Shown here piece after piece: positions 38,344-46,489 of a stretch of 60,786 nucleotides of DNA (positions are counted from its first letter, which is position 1; the number at the start of each line of letters is the position of its first letter). Under the pieces are notes generated by a model. It saw only the letters and a list, made by a program, of their open reading frames with translations. It had not been told where the DNA came from and did not search any database. The DNA is from an uncultured Muribaculaceae bacterium (lineage in GTDB: Bacteria > Bacillota_I > Bacilli_A > RF39 > UBA660), in NCBI GenBank assembly GCA_964636965.1, contig CAZWST010000004.1, positions 1 to 60,786 of the forward strand. Direction: 5' to 3'. Position numbers and translations under genes: made by a program.

Positions 38344-39471
38344 TTAGGAACCCCCTTTAGAAATATTATTAATTATTGAATTTAAACTACTAATAATCGA
38401 ATTATTACAAGTTGTTTTTTTGGAGTCATTTTCATCATAGTAACATTCTTCAACATTATTTAAGTCGCTGTCACTTTTTTTATAAAGAGCATTTTTATAT
38501 CTTAAATCATAGTTAATAGAATAATTATAAAAATTTTTGTCCCAAGATATTAAAAGTGAAGATGTATCCTCTATATAGTACACATCATAAATAATCTTAT
38601 CTATTCTCATTTCTTGATGATATATTCCATTTTCTTCATATTTTAGATTTTCTTTTATAATATTTATTAAATCATTTTTTATAGTCTTATTATCTTGGGA
38701 TTGCTGAATTGAGATATTTTTGTCTTTCTTAAAAAATAATTTTTTATTTGAATAATCTTCTTTTATTGTTAAGTCAAAAGTCATTACTTCATCCTTGGTA
38801 TTTATATCCAAATATAAAGTATCAAAAACCACGTTTTTATTTTTTATTTCAAAATACTCATTATAACCATAATAATCCCGTATTAGACTATCCTTTGTCG
38901 AGGTATCTTCATATATTATTTTTTTAGAATTATCTTTTTTATAATATAAAGTGATTTTAGAAATTTTACTACTATCTATACCATTTATATTTCCTAATCT
39001 AAAATATATATTTTCCCTAGTTAAAATTAGTATACCATCAGACAAGTAAATATTATCCTTTTTGGATTCAACCAAATATATTTTTACGGAATCATAAGAA
39101 TTAAAGAAATAATATGACAAAAAAGCAACTATTGCTACTACAAGCAAAATTAAAGATGATAATAGAATCTTTGATGTCTTCTTTAATTTTTTATTGATAG
39201 CATTTCTGTCATCAAATATTTGTAAAGAAACTTCTTTAATTTCTTTTTCATTTTCTTTTGTTTTGAATTCTCCATACATTATTTCATCAATTGAAACATT
39301 GAATATCTTACTAAGTCTTAAAATAGTGGAAGAGTCTGGAATAGTATGTCCATTTTCCCATTTACTAATAGCTTCTCTATTAATAGGAATCTTTTCTGCT
39401 AAATCATTTTGACTCATATTATTCTCTTGTCTTAGTTTTTTTATAAATGCACCAATCTTTTCATTATCCAT
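38344..39471 (-). CDS. membrane-tethered XRE-family HTH regulator, cassette B (paralogue of 24308-25381)
   Basis: HTH IKKLRQENNMSQNDLAEKIPINREAISKWENGH and a single TM (LLSSLILLVVAIVAFLSYYFF). The post-TM sequence FNSYDSVKIYLVES matches FNSYNSVKVYKVEG in the paralogue. Start ATG 39471 with a GAGGTGA RBS. Confidence 0.75.
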   Translation of the reverse strand: MDNEKIGAFIKKLRQENNMSQNDLAEKIPINREAISKWENGHTIPDSSTILRLSKIFNVSIDEIMYGEFKTKENEKEIKEVSLQIFDDRNAINKKLKKTSKILLSSLILLVVAIVAFLSYYFFNSYDSVKIYLVESKKDNIYLSDGILILTRENIYFRLGNINGIDSSKISKITLYYKKDNSKKIIYEDTSTKDSLIRDYYGYNEYFEIKNKNVVFDTLYLDINTKDEVMTFDLTIKEDYSNKKLFFKKDKNISIQQSQDNKTIKNDLINIIKENLKYEENGIYHQEMRIDKIIYDVYYIEDTSSLLISWDKNFYNYSINYDLRYKNALYKKSDSDLNNVEECYYDENDSKKTTCNNSIISSLNSIINNISKGGS

Positions 39472-39496
39472 AATATCACCTCGGTTGACATAAAAT

Positions 39497-39706
39497 CTAT
39501 TCATTATTTATTATATAAATATTTTTATAAATCACAGATAAAGGAATAATTTCGTTTCTATATTTATTCAAAAAAGAAAGAAATTTAAATTGTTTTGTTT
39601 CTGTATCTAAATCTTTCATTATGTCGTTTATTATATCTGAACTGATTTTTAAATTGTCTAATTGTTTTAAAATCATTACCTCTAATTTAGATAACATCAT
39701 GTTCAA
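39497..39706 (-). CDS. hypothetical 69-aa protein
   Basis: Small ORF with a GGAG RBS, lying between the traG-like gene and the regulator gene. Confidence 0.35.
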   Translation of the reverse strand: MNMMLSKLEVMILKQLDNLKISSDIINDIMKDLDTETKQFKFLSFLNKYRNEIIPLSVIYKNIYIINNE

Positions 39707-39756
39707 CTCCTACTGCTAATATTATAGCATATTTTATGGTACAAAAGAGATATTAA

Positions 39757-41154
39757 TTATTCTAATTCAATTTTATTGTCTCTAGCATTTTTGATTTTTT
39801 TATTTCTAAAATTATCTAAATTAAAGCACGAAATTTTGATTTCTTTTTTATAATTGGGTAAAACAGACATTTCAAACTTAATAGGGTATTCTCTAATTGG
39901 TTTTACTTTTGCTTTTACTGGATGCATTCTAGCTTTCATGAAAAGTGCCTCACCAAATTCAAACCTCATTAATTCATCAGCCATCATAAGTTCACGACCC
40001 ATTAGTGACTTATCATTTGAAATGCTATAGTCGAGTTGATCTAATCTTCCTGATGTAGAAATTCTAGAACTAGATATTGTATATTTTCCTAGTCTTGAAC
40101 TTATCTCTTTGGCTGTTTCATTATCCATGGTTAATAAGTAAATCCAATTGGTACAGTTTGATTTTATTGTACCTGCTGATTCTTTGTATGTTTCTTTTAA
40201 TTGGTCAAAATCTTGTAATACTAAATAGAAACGTATATTTCTTGATCTAGATACAGTTATCTTATTTGAGATGGATGTAATAGGTGGCATATTGGCAAAC
40301 TCATCTAATATAAAATTTACTCTAATTGGCATTTTACCATCAGGAAGAGATTGAGCAGTATTAATTAATGCTTGATAGCATTGATCGATAAATAGGGATG
40401 CCAGTTCATGTCTAGATTCCTTTTCATCAGGAATAATTAAGTATACGGCAGTTTTTTCTATACCAATATTATCAAGTTCAAAATCAGTTCTGCATGTTAA
40501 AGTAGCAATACCTATGTCACTAAACATTTTTATTGTAGATGCCAAAACTGAGAATAGGGTGGCTCTAGTTTCACCTTTAGCAAAAGATCCTGTAGCATAA
40601 GCCATTTTCGATAATGAACCCATTGGCTTTTGTTGGAAGTATAAATCCAAAGAATTAAATCTATCAATTGTCTTTGATCCATGCTCAACAAGAAGATTAT
40701 ACAAAGAATAAAGATTAACTTCATCTTCTGATTCAGCATCTTCAATCAATGCATAACAAAGTGCAGTTAAAACAGCTGTTGCAGACTTTTCCCAATACAT
40801 ATCTTTACTAGAAAGATTTTTTGTAAGTGATTTTGCAAAGTTTTCAATAATATCTCCTGCTAAGTCAATATTATTTAATTTAAAATATTTATAAGCTAGA
40901 TGTAATGGATTCCATCCATCACTTGCAAAAGCATCTCTTAAATTAATTATACGAATAGTATATCCTTTACTTTTTAAAAAGTTCGACGTATAAGAATATA
41001 ACTCTCCTTTAGTGTCATTTATTACCATTGATTCTCCTGCATATCCAAGATTAAATATTAATGGTAAAATCTCACATTGCGTTTTGCCTGATCCTGTTGA
41101 CCCAATTATTAATGTATGATCAAATGAATCAGAGTAATAATATTTGTTATCCAT
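39757..41154 (-). CDS. VirD4/TraG-family type IV coupling protein, apparently N-terminally truncated
   Basis: Walker A IIGSTGSGKT already at residue ~18, so the usual N-terminal TM region is missing. Also VINDTKGELY and Walker B VNFILDEFANMP. Its 5' end abuts the integrase fragment. Confidence 0.7.
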   Translation of the reverse strand: MDNKYYYSDSFDHTLIIGSTGSGKTQCEILPLIFNLGYAGESMVINDTKGELYSYTSNFLKSKGYTIRIINLRDAFASDGWNPLHLAYKYFKLNNIDLAGDIIENFAKSLTKNLSSKDMYWEKSATAVLTALCYALIEDAESEDEVNLYSLYNLLVEHGSKTIDRFNSLDLYFQQKPMGSLSKMAYATGSFAKGETRATLFSVLASTIKMFSDIGIATLTCRTDFELDNIGIEKTAVYLIIPDEKESRHELASLFIDQCYQALINTAQSLPDGKMPIRVNFILDEFANMPPITSISNKITVSRSRNIRFYLVLQDFDQLKETYKESAGTIKSNCTNWIYLLTMDNETAKEISSRLGKYTISSSRISTSGRLDQLDYSISNDKSLMGRELMMADELMRFEFGEALFMKARMHPVKAKVKPIREYPIKFEMSVLPNYKKEIKISCFNLDNFRNKKIKNARDNKIELE

Positions 41155-41629
41155 ATACGTTACTGGAATGCCTGATAAAGATGTTGCAAAAAGATTAGGT
41201 CATACTCCTGAAGTATTAGCAAGAGTTTATACACATAGTAATGAGCAAGATGATAAAAAAATTGTCGCAGAAATAGAAAAAAAATTCTATAAAGAAGATA
41301 ATATAAAGCAAGTTCAGATTCCTACAGCATCTATAATATCAGTTATCGCAGGATACATTGATAATCAGTACAGATCAGATAATTATAAATTGTTGGATTT
41401 TTTAACTAATGAAAAAGTTAATAGTGATAATATAAACGATTATTTAAAACCTTGTCAGGAATATTTATTAAATATATACCCTATTTTAGACATTTTTCAA
41501 AATTCTAATGTAATTCCAGATGAAATGATGTTTAATGAAAAATTAGATAATTATGTCAATTTTATGGGTAAGTATAAACCAATTGATGTACCTAATGATG
41601 TTCTTGAAATAAAACTTAAAAATATATAA
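41144..41629 (+). pseudogene. tyrosine recombinase/integrase C-terminal fragment with an unusual ~120-aa tail
   Basis: The frame opens only after a stop at 41138 and the track start is a TTG. VAKRLGHTPEVLARVYTHS matches the integrase LGH...Y (catalytic Tyr) box. The upstream Arg/Lys/His-x-x-Arg catalytic region is absent. Confidence 0.65.
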
Positions 41630-41633
41630 TTTG

Positions 41634-41668
41634 GGAGGAAAGTGTTTACTTTTCTCCCCTCTTTTTTA
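41634..41668 (+). terminator. rho-independent terminator after the integrase fragment
   Basis: 10-bp stem GGAGGAAAGT/ACTTTTCTCC (one G-U pair) with loop GTTT, followed by CCTCTTTTTT. Confidence 0.6.
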
Positions 41669-41932
41669 TTTGACTAATTATTGCAATATGATATAATATT
41701 CTTATGTGAAAACCAATTGGCAGGTTGGTGTATTCATTATCTGAGACAAAGGGTTTTTAAATTGTGCCACAAGATATTTTTCTATAAAATATATTTGTGC
41801 CAATTTTGTGACACTTTGTTCAAAATGTTCTTAGAAATTGGTATATATTAAACACATATTAATGCTACAAAGTTAGCGGAAATGTGTTGATTATTGGGTT
41901 TTTTTGAATATTTCGTGGGATTTTAGAATGGC

Positions 41933-41977
41933 TCTCCAAAACTTTTGCTGGGAGTTCGATTCTCTCATCCTCTGCCA
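41933..41977 (+). repeat. attR: 45-bp direct repeat (displaced 3' part of tRNA-Trp)
   Basis: Identical to 33446-33490. It lacks the tRNA 5' half. It is followed by a T-run and a strong hairpin at 42012-42046, probably the original tRNA terminator. Confidence 0.9.
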
Positions 41978-42011
41978 TTTTTTAAATAATTATTTTTTAT
42001 ATAAATAAAGT

Positions 42012-42046
42012 AACAAAACCCCCTAATTTAATTAGTGGGTTTTGTT
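42012..42046. terminator. strong bidirectional hairpin terminator
   Basis: AACAAAACCC/GGGTTTTGTT 10-bp stem enclosing the inner palindrome CTAAT-TTA-ATTAG. It lies downstream of attR on the plus strand and downstream of the 42159-43262 gene on the minus strand. Confidence 0.6.
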
Positions 42047-42158
42047 ATATTCAGTTTTATAACTTTTCAGATTTATAACCTTCATATTTAGGTTTATATT
42101 TAAAGTGTATCATATTGAATTTACTATCAGTATTTATTATAAAAAATTTTTAATATAT

Positions 42159-43262
42159 TTAAATATGTCTTTTATGGTTATTTTGATATAAGTAAGACAT
42201 TTCTTGAAATAATCTATTATTTGAAAATGATAAATCATTGCAAGAAAATGATAAGTATGAATCAAATTCAAAGGAATATGAATTTACTCTAATACCATCT
42301 CCATAATGATACTTTAATCTTAATAAAGTTGTGCAAAACTTCTGAACCAAATTATTTTGAATACTAACTAATTTTTCCATATAATCTTTGTATGTCGCAG
42401 TTTTGTCATTTGCTTTTAATGATTTCTTGTGAATCATTATTTTTTTATCAATCCATCTTTCTGGTAGATAATTTACTATCTTAAATTTACTATAGCCAAG
42501 ATTATTAAAATGCAATACAAATAAATCTAGTGCAACTAAAAATGAAGGCGTTATATCTTTTAATATATCATCTTCTGAATTATTAAAGTTTTCATTAACC
42601 TTATATAAATTACGATTAATCTTTTTGCTTTTGTTTATATTCTTTTCTTGATGGATACTATATATATAAACAATATCATCTTCGACACCAAATCGTACAG
42701 TTGGCAAATCATATTTTTCCTTTTCATTAGCAATTGTGACATGGAATGCATAAGGACTTTCCCAACTTAATTTAAGTGTTTTTGAAATTTCAGTTATGAT
42801 ATTACCATCTAGGATTTCTGAGTAACCTATATTTTTCTTTTCTGTTAGAAAGTTCCTTTCTAAATATTTCTTTTGTCTTCTTAGAAAACTGCATGGTTCT
42901 TGAAAATCCTCTATTGTTGCATTACTCCATAAAAGAGTCATTAATACTTTTTCTTTACAAAGTTTATTTTCATCTGTTCTATAAATACCACTTAGCACTT
43001 CATCATAAAAATAAGAATCATCATAAAATTCTTTTGCTAATGTTACATATTCTTTTAGTAAATCATCAAAACTTTCTTTATCTCTTATTTCCAATAATGG
43101 TGGATCTATAAAACTTGGGCTGTTCCCTACTATAATATTACCTTCCACTGATGTGTTAAAACAAATGTTATAGTACATAAAACAATCTATTCTTCCATTA
43201 CTAGCTTCTGGAATAATAGAATTATAAAATATATCTAAGATATCCTCATCCATTTTAATCAC
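42159..43262 (-). CDS. hypothetical 367-aa protein
   Basis: Long ORF with an AGGTG RBS. Soluble, with no recognised motif. Confidence 0.5.
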   Translation of the reverse strand: MIKMDEDILDIFYNSIIPEASNGRIDCFMYYNICFNTSVEGNIIVGNSPSFIDPPLLEIRDKESFDDLLKEYVTLAKEFYDDSYFYDEVLSGIYRTDENKLCKEKVLMTLLWSNATIEDFQEPCSFLRRQKKYLERNFLTEKKNIGYSEILDGNIITEISKTLKLSWESPYAFHVTIANEKEKYDLPTVRFGVEDDIVYIYSIHQEKNINKSKKINRNLYKVNENFNNSEDDILKDITPSFLVALDLFVLHFNNLGYSKFKIVNYLPERWIDKKIMIHKKSLKANDKTATYKDYMEKLVSIQNNLVQKFCTTLLRLKYHYGDGIRVNSYSFEFDSYLSFSCNDLSFSNNRLFQEMSYLYQNNHKRHI

Positions 43263-43362
43263 ACCTTATAAGTTAATTATATAATAAACTAAGGTAACAT
43301 TCTAGATATTTACATATTTATTTGTAAGTAATATAATAAAGTTATTTAGGAGATGAATTTAA

Positions 43363-43752
43363 ATGGATAGAAATAAAATGCGTGAATTATTAATAAGAAT
43401 TGGAAAGATAAAATGTAATGAATCTATATTAATAGATGATTTGCATAAAGAGTTTCCTGAAGTAAATGAAGAAGAATTTCTTTCAATGATATCAACACTA
43501 GCAACAAGATATATCATTCGTATTGATGGAAGATATTCAATGGATTGTTATACTTTAGAAAAATATAATAAAATAATTGGTCTTGAAAGAGAAGGATATA
43601 CAACATTGGACGCGATTAGTAGTGATAAAATTTGGGCACTTACAGAAAAATTTATGGATGAACATGACTTTAACAATTTTTCATTTTTCACAGCAATAGA
43701 AGTTGCTAAGAAATTTGTAGAAAAGGAAATTGAAAGTATTTTAAAAGATTAA
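43363..43752 (+). CDS. hypothetical 129-aa protein
   Basis: ORF with an AGGAGA RBS, divergent from the 367-aa gene. No recognised motif. Confidence 0.45.
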   Translation: MDRNKMRELLIRIGKIKCNESILIDDLHKEFPEVNEEEFLSMISTLATRYIIRIDGRYSMDCYTLEKYNKIIGLEREGYTTLDAISSDKIWALTEKFMDEHDFNNFSFFTAIEVAKKFVEKEIESILKD

Positions 43753-43876
43753 ACACTATATTTACTAGTGTTTAATCTTTTTTAATATATTTTATTTTTT
43801 TATATGATATAATTATTTTGATAGGAAGTAATATTTATTTTCTAATTAAATAAAACATAGTATAGGAGGAAATTAA

Positions 43877-44431
43877 ATGAAGTATGTTTTAATTGCAATT
43901 GTTGTAATCTTAGTATTAATTGTTATTTATGCTTTATCAACATATAACAGTTTAGTAAGATTGAGAAACAAAGTAAAGGAAGCATTCGCTACTATGGATG
44001 TTTACCTAAAGAAAAGATGGGATTTAATTCCTAATATAGTAGAAACAGTAAAAGGATATGCAGCTCATGAAAAAGATACTTTAGCTGAAGTAATCAATCT
44101 ACGTAATGGTGCTTATGACACTATGAGTGATGAAGAAAAGATAAAAGCTAATAAAGAGTTAACTAAAGGTGTTACAAAAATTATGGCTTTAGCAGAAGCT
44201 TATCCAGATTTAAAAGCAAATGAAAATTTCAAAGACTTAAGTTCTCAACTTACCAAAGTTGAAGAAGATATTGCTAATTCTAGAAAATATTATAACGGAG
44301 TAGTTAGAACTTATAATGATAAAGTTCAATTATTCCCTGGTAATATATTTGCTTCAATGTTTGGTTTTAAATCAAAAGAAATGTTTGAAGCAGATGCTTC
44401 TGAAAGAGAAAACGTTAAAGTTGAATTTTAA
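43877..44431 (+). CDS. lemA: LemA family protein
   Basis: N-terminal TM, then YNSLVRLRNKVKEAFATMDVYLKKRWDLIPNIVETVKGYAAHEKDTL and YPDLKANENF...ARKYYNGVVRTYN, typical LemA sequences. Confidence 0.85.
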   Translation: MKYVLIAIVVILVLIVIYALSTYNSLVRLRNKVKEAFATMDVYLKKRWDLIPNIVETVKGYAAHEKDTLAEVINLRNGAYDTMSDEEKIKANKELTKGVTKIMALAEAYPDLKANENFKDLSSQLTKVEEDIANSRKYYNGVVRTYNDKVQLFPGNIFASMFGFKSKEMFEADASERENVKVEF

Positions 44432-44446
44432 TTAGGAGAGAGTTAT

Positions 44447-46396
44447 ATGAAAATAAATTTAAAACGATTATCTTTATTTATTGTAACTCTTTTTCTTTTT
44501 GCTTTTTGTTTATCAAGTGATTGTTATGCAGATGATAAATATTATCCTTATACAATAGATGCATATGATATTGATATGAAAGTTAATGAGAATAATACTT
44601 TTGATATTACTGAAAGCATACGTGTCAATTTTATTTCACCAAGACATGGAATAAAAAGAGAAATACCATTAAAGAACAAAGTTACTAGATTAGATGGAAC
44701 TACTTCTTCTAATCGAGCAGAAATAAGTAATATAGAAGTTAATGAACCTTACAAGCTTGCAAAAAGAAATGGTTTTACTACTATACAAATTGGCGATAAA
44801 GATATAGAAACTACAGGAACTAAAGAATATGTAATTAAGTATACTTATAACATTGGAAAAGATCCACTTAAAGATAAAGATGAATTATATTTTAATCTAA
44901 TCGGGACTTCTTGGGATACAACTATTAATAATATTACTTTTACAATCGATATGCCAAAAACTTTTGATAAGACTAAATTAGGTTTCTCAGCAGGTAGTGT
45001 TGGATCTACTAATAGTGTATATATAACTTATGATATTAGAGGCACTAAAATAATTGGAAGAGTAAATGCTAAACTAGAGCCTAATCAAGCTTTAACTATT
45101 AGATGTGAACTAGATGAAGATTACTTCAATGGTGAAACTCTAAAACAAAAACATTTAAAATATTTGCTTATTATCATACCTCTTCTTTTCACAATTATAT
45201 CAATAATATTTTGGTATAAATATGGTCGTGATGATGAAGTTATTGAAACTATTGAATTTTATCCACCTGATGGGCTTAATAGTTTAGAAATTGGTTATAA
45301 TTATAAAGGATGTGTTAAAGGTAAGGATGTTACTTCTCTTTTAATATATTTAGCCAATAAAGGATATATTAAAATCTCTGTTATTGAATCTGAAAATCCT
45401 TTTTCTAGTCTTGCTAGTAATCAAAGCATTAAGGTTAATGGAGTTAAAATAAGTGAACTATCTGGAAAGTATTCTACTTTTAAATTTATTAAACTAAAAG
45501 AATATGATGGTTCTAATAAATATGAAGAAGAATTCTTTAATGGACTTTTTAGTAATGGTAAAACTGAAGTTACTTATGAAGATTTATATAACAAATTTTA
45601 TAAAACGACAAATTCAATAATAAAAACAATTGATAAAGAAAATAAAAATAAAATATTTGAAAAATCTTCTTTAAATAAAATATTTATTATTAAAATTTTT
45701 AAAATAATTACACTTTTACTTATTACTATTCCACCTGTTTATGAATATAGTTTCCCTGGTGCGATAATATTTGCATTATTAATTCCATACATAATATTTA
45801 GTGGAATCTTTGATATGAGTTATAAGATTATTACAAAACAATCTGAACAAGATATTTCAATCGTTGGTTTTATCGTTATGGTTATAATTTTTATGGTAGT
45901 TATATTTGCTCCACTTAATATATTTGTAATACCAGCTATCACTTCTGAAGCTATATACTTAATATCTTATATTTTAGGTTACCTACTTATGATTATCATG
46001 AATGTTATAATTAATATTATTCCTAAGAGAAGTAAATATGGTAATGAAATGCTTGGACGTATAAGAGGATTTAAAAACTTCTTAGAAACAGCAGAAAAAG
46101 ATAGACTAGAAGCTTTAGTAAATGAAAATCCAACATATTTTTATGATATACTTCCATTTACTTATGCACTTGATGTATCAGATGTGTGGATTAAGAGATT
46201 TGAGTCTATTAATCTAACTCAGCCAGAATGGTATGATAGTCCAAGTAGTTTTTCAATTACTTCATTTGATTCTTTTATTTCTTCAACAATTGATTCAGCT
46301 AACAGTGCAATGTCATCAAGTCCATCTTCAAGTAGTTCATCTGGTGGTGGATCTTCTGGAGGAGGTTCCGGTGGTGGAGGTGGCTCTAGCTGGTAA
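44447..46396 (+). CDS. DUF2207 domain membrane protein
   Basis: Signal peptide, N-terminal domain YTIDAYDIDMKVNENNTFDITESIRVNFISPRHGIKREIP, several TMs and a C-terminal Ser/Gly tail SSSSSGGGSSGGGSGGGGGSSW. Shows the classic pairing with LemA. Confidence 0.8.
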   Translation: MKINLKRLSLFIVTLFLFAFCLSSDCYADDKYYPYTIDAYDIDMKVNENNTFDITESIRVNFISPRHGIKREIPLKNKVTRLDGTTSSNRAEISNIEVNEPYKLAKRNGFTTIQIGDKDIETTGTKEYVIKYTYNIGKDPLKDKDELYFNLIGTSWDTTINNITFTIDMPKTFDKTKLGFSAGSVGSTNSVYITYDIRGTKIIGRVNAKLEPNQALTIRCELDEDYFNGETLKQKHLKYLLIIIPLLFTIISIIFWYKYGRDDEVIETIEFYPPDGLNSLEIGYNYKGCVKGKDVTSLLIYLANKGYIKISVIESENPFSSLASNQSIKVNGVKISELSGKYSTFKFIKLKEYDGSNKYEEEFFNGLFSNGKTEVTYEDLYNKFYKTTNSIIKTIDKENKNKIFEKSSLNKIFIIKIFKIITLLLITIPPVYEYSFPGAIIFALLIPYIIFSGIFDMSYKIITKQSEQDISIVGFIVMVIIFMVVIFAPLNIFVIPAITSEAIYLISYILGYLLMIIMNVIINIIPKRSKYGNEMLGRIRGFKNFLETAEKDRLEALVNENPTYFYDILPFTYALDVSDVWIKRFESINLTQPEWYDSPSSFSITSFDSFISSTIDSANSAMSSSPSSSSSSGGGSSGGGSGGGGGSSW

Positions 46397-46411
46397 TAAG
46401 AAACAATTCTA

Positions 46412-46439
46412 ACAAGTACAAGACGTACTTGTTTTTTTA
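46412..46439 (+). terminator. rho-independent terminator of the lemA-DUF2207 operon
   Basis: Stem ACAAGTAC/GTACTTGT with a 5-nt loop, followed by TTTTTTT. Confidence 0.7.
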
Positions 46440-46489
46440 TTGAATAAAAAAATAAAGTGTTTTAATATATTGTTATAGGAGTTTAGTTT

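Larger units (their letters stand above)
33446..41977. mobile_element. tRNA-Trp-integrated genomic island, a decayed ICE/IME remnant carrying ABC cassette B
   Basis: Exact 45-bp direct repeats of the tRNA 3' part lie at both ends. A tyrosine integrase C-terminal fragment and a truncated VirD4/TraG coupling-protein gene lie next to attR. No relaxase, T4SS channel or replication genes remain. Confidence 0.75.

Noticed and set aside
41933-41977. A possible second tRNA-Trp gene.
   Set aside because: Only the 3' 45 nt are present. The upstream sequence cannot form the acceptor or D arms. It is interpreted as attR.
33446-41977. An intact ICE, IME or prophage.
   Set aside because: There is no relaxase, T4SS channel, replication, capsid or terminase gene. 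The integrase and coupling-protein genes are both truncated, so the element is a remnant only.
42050-42079. An imperfect tandem TTCAG(T/A)TTTATAAC repeated 16 nt apart, downstream of the attR hairpin.
   Set aside because: There are only two short AT-rich copies, which is within chance expectation for this composition. There is no associated gene start.
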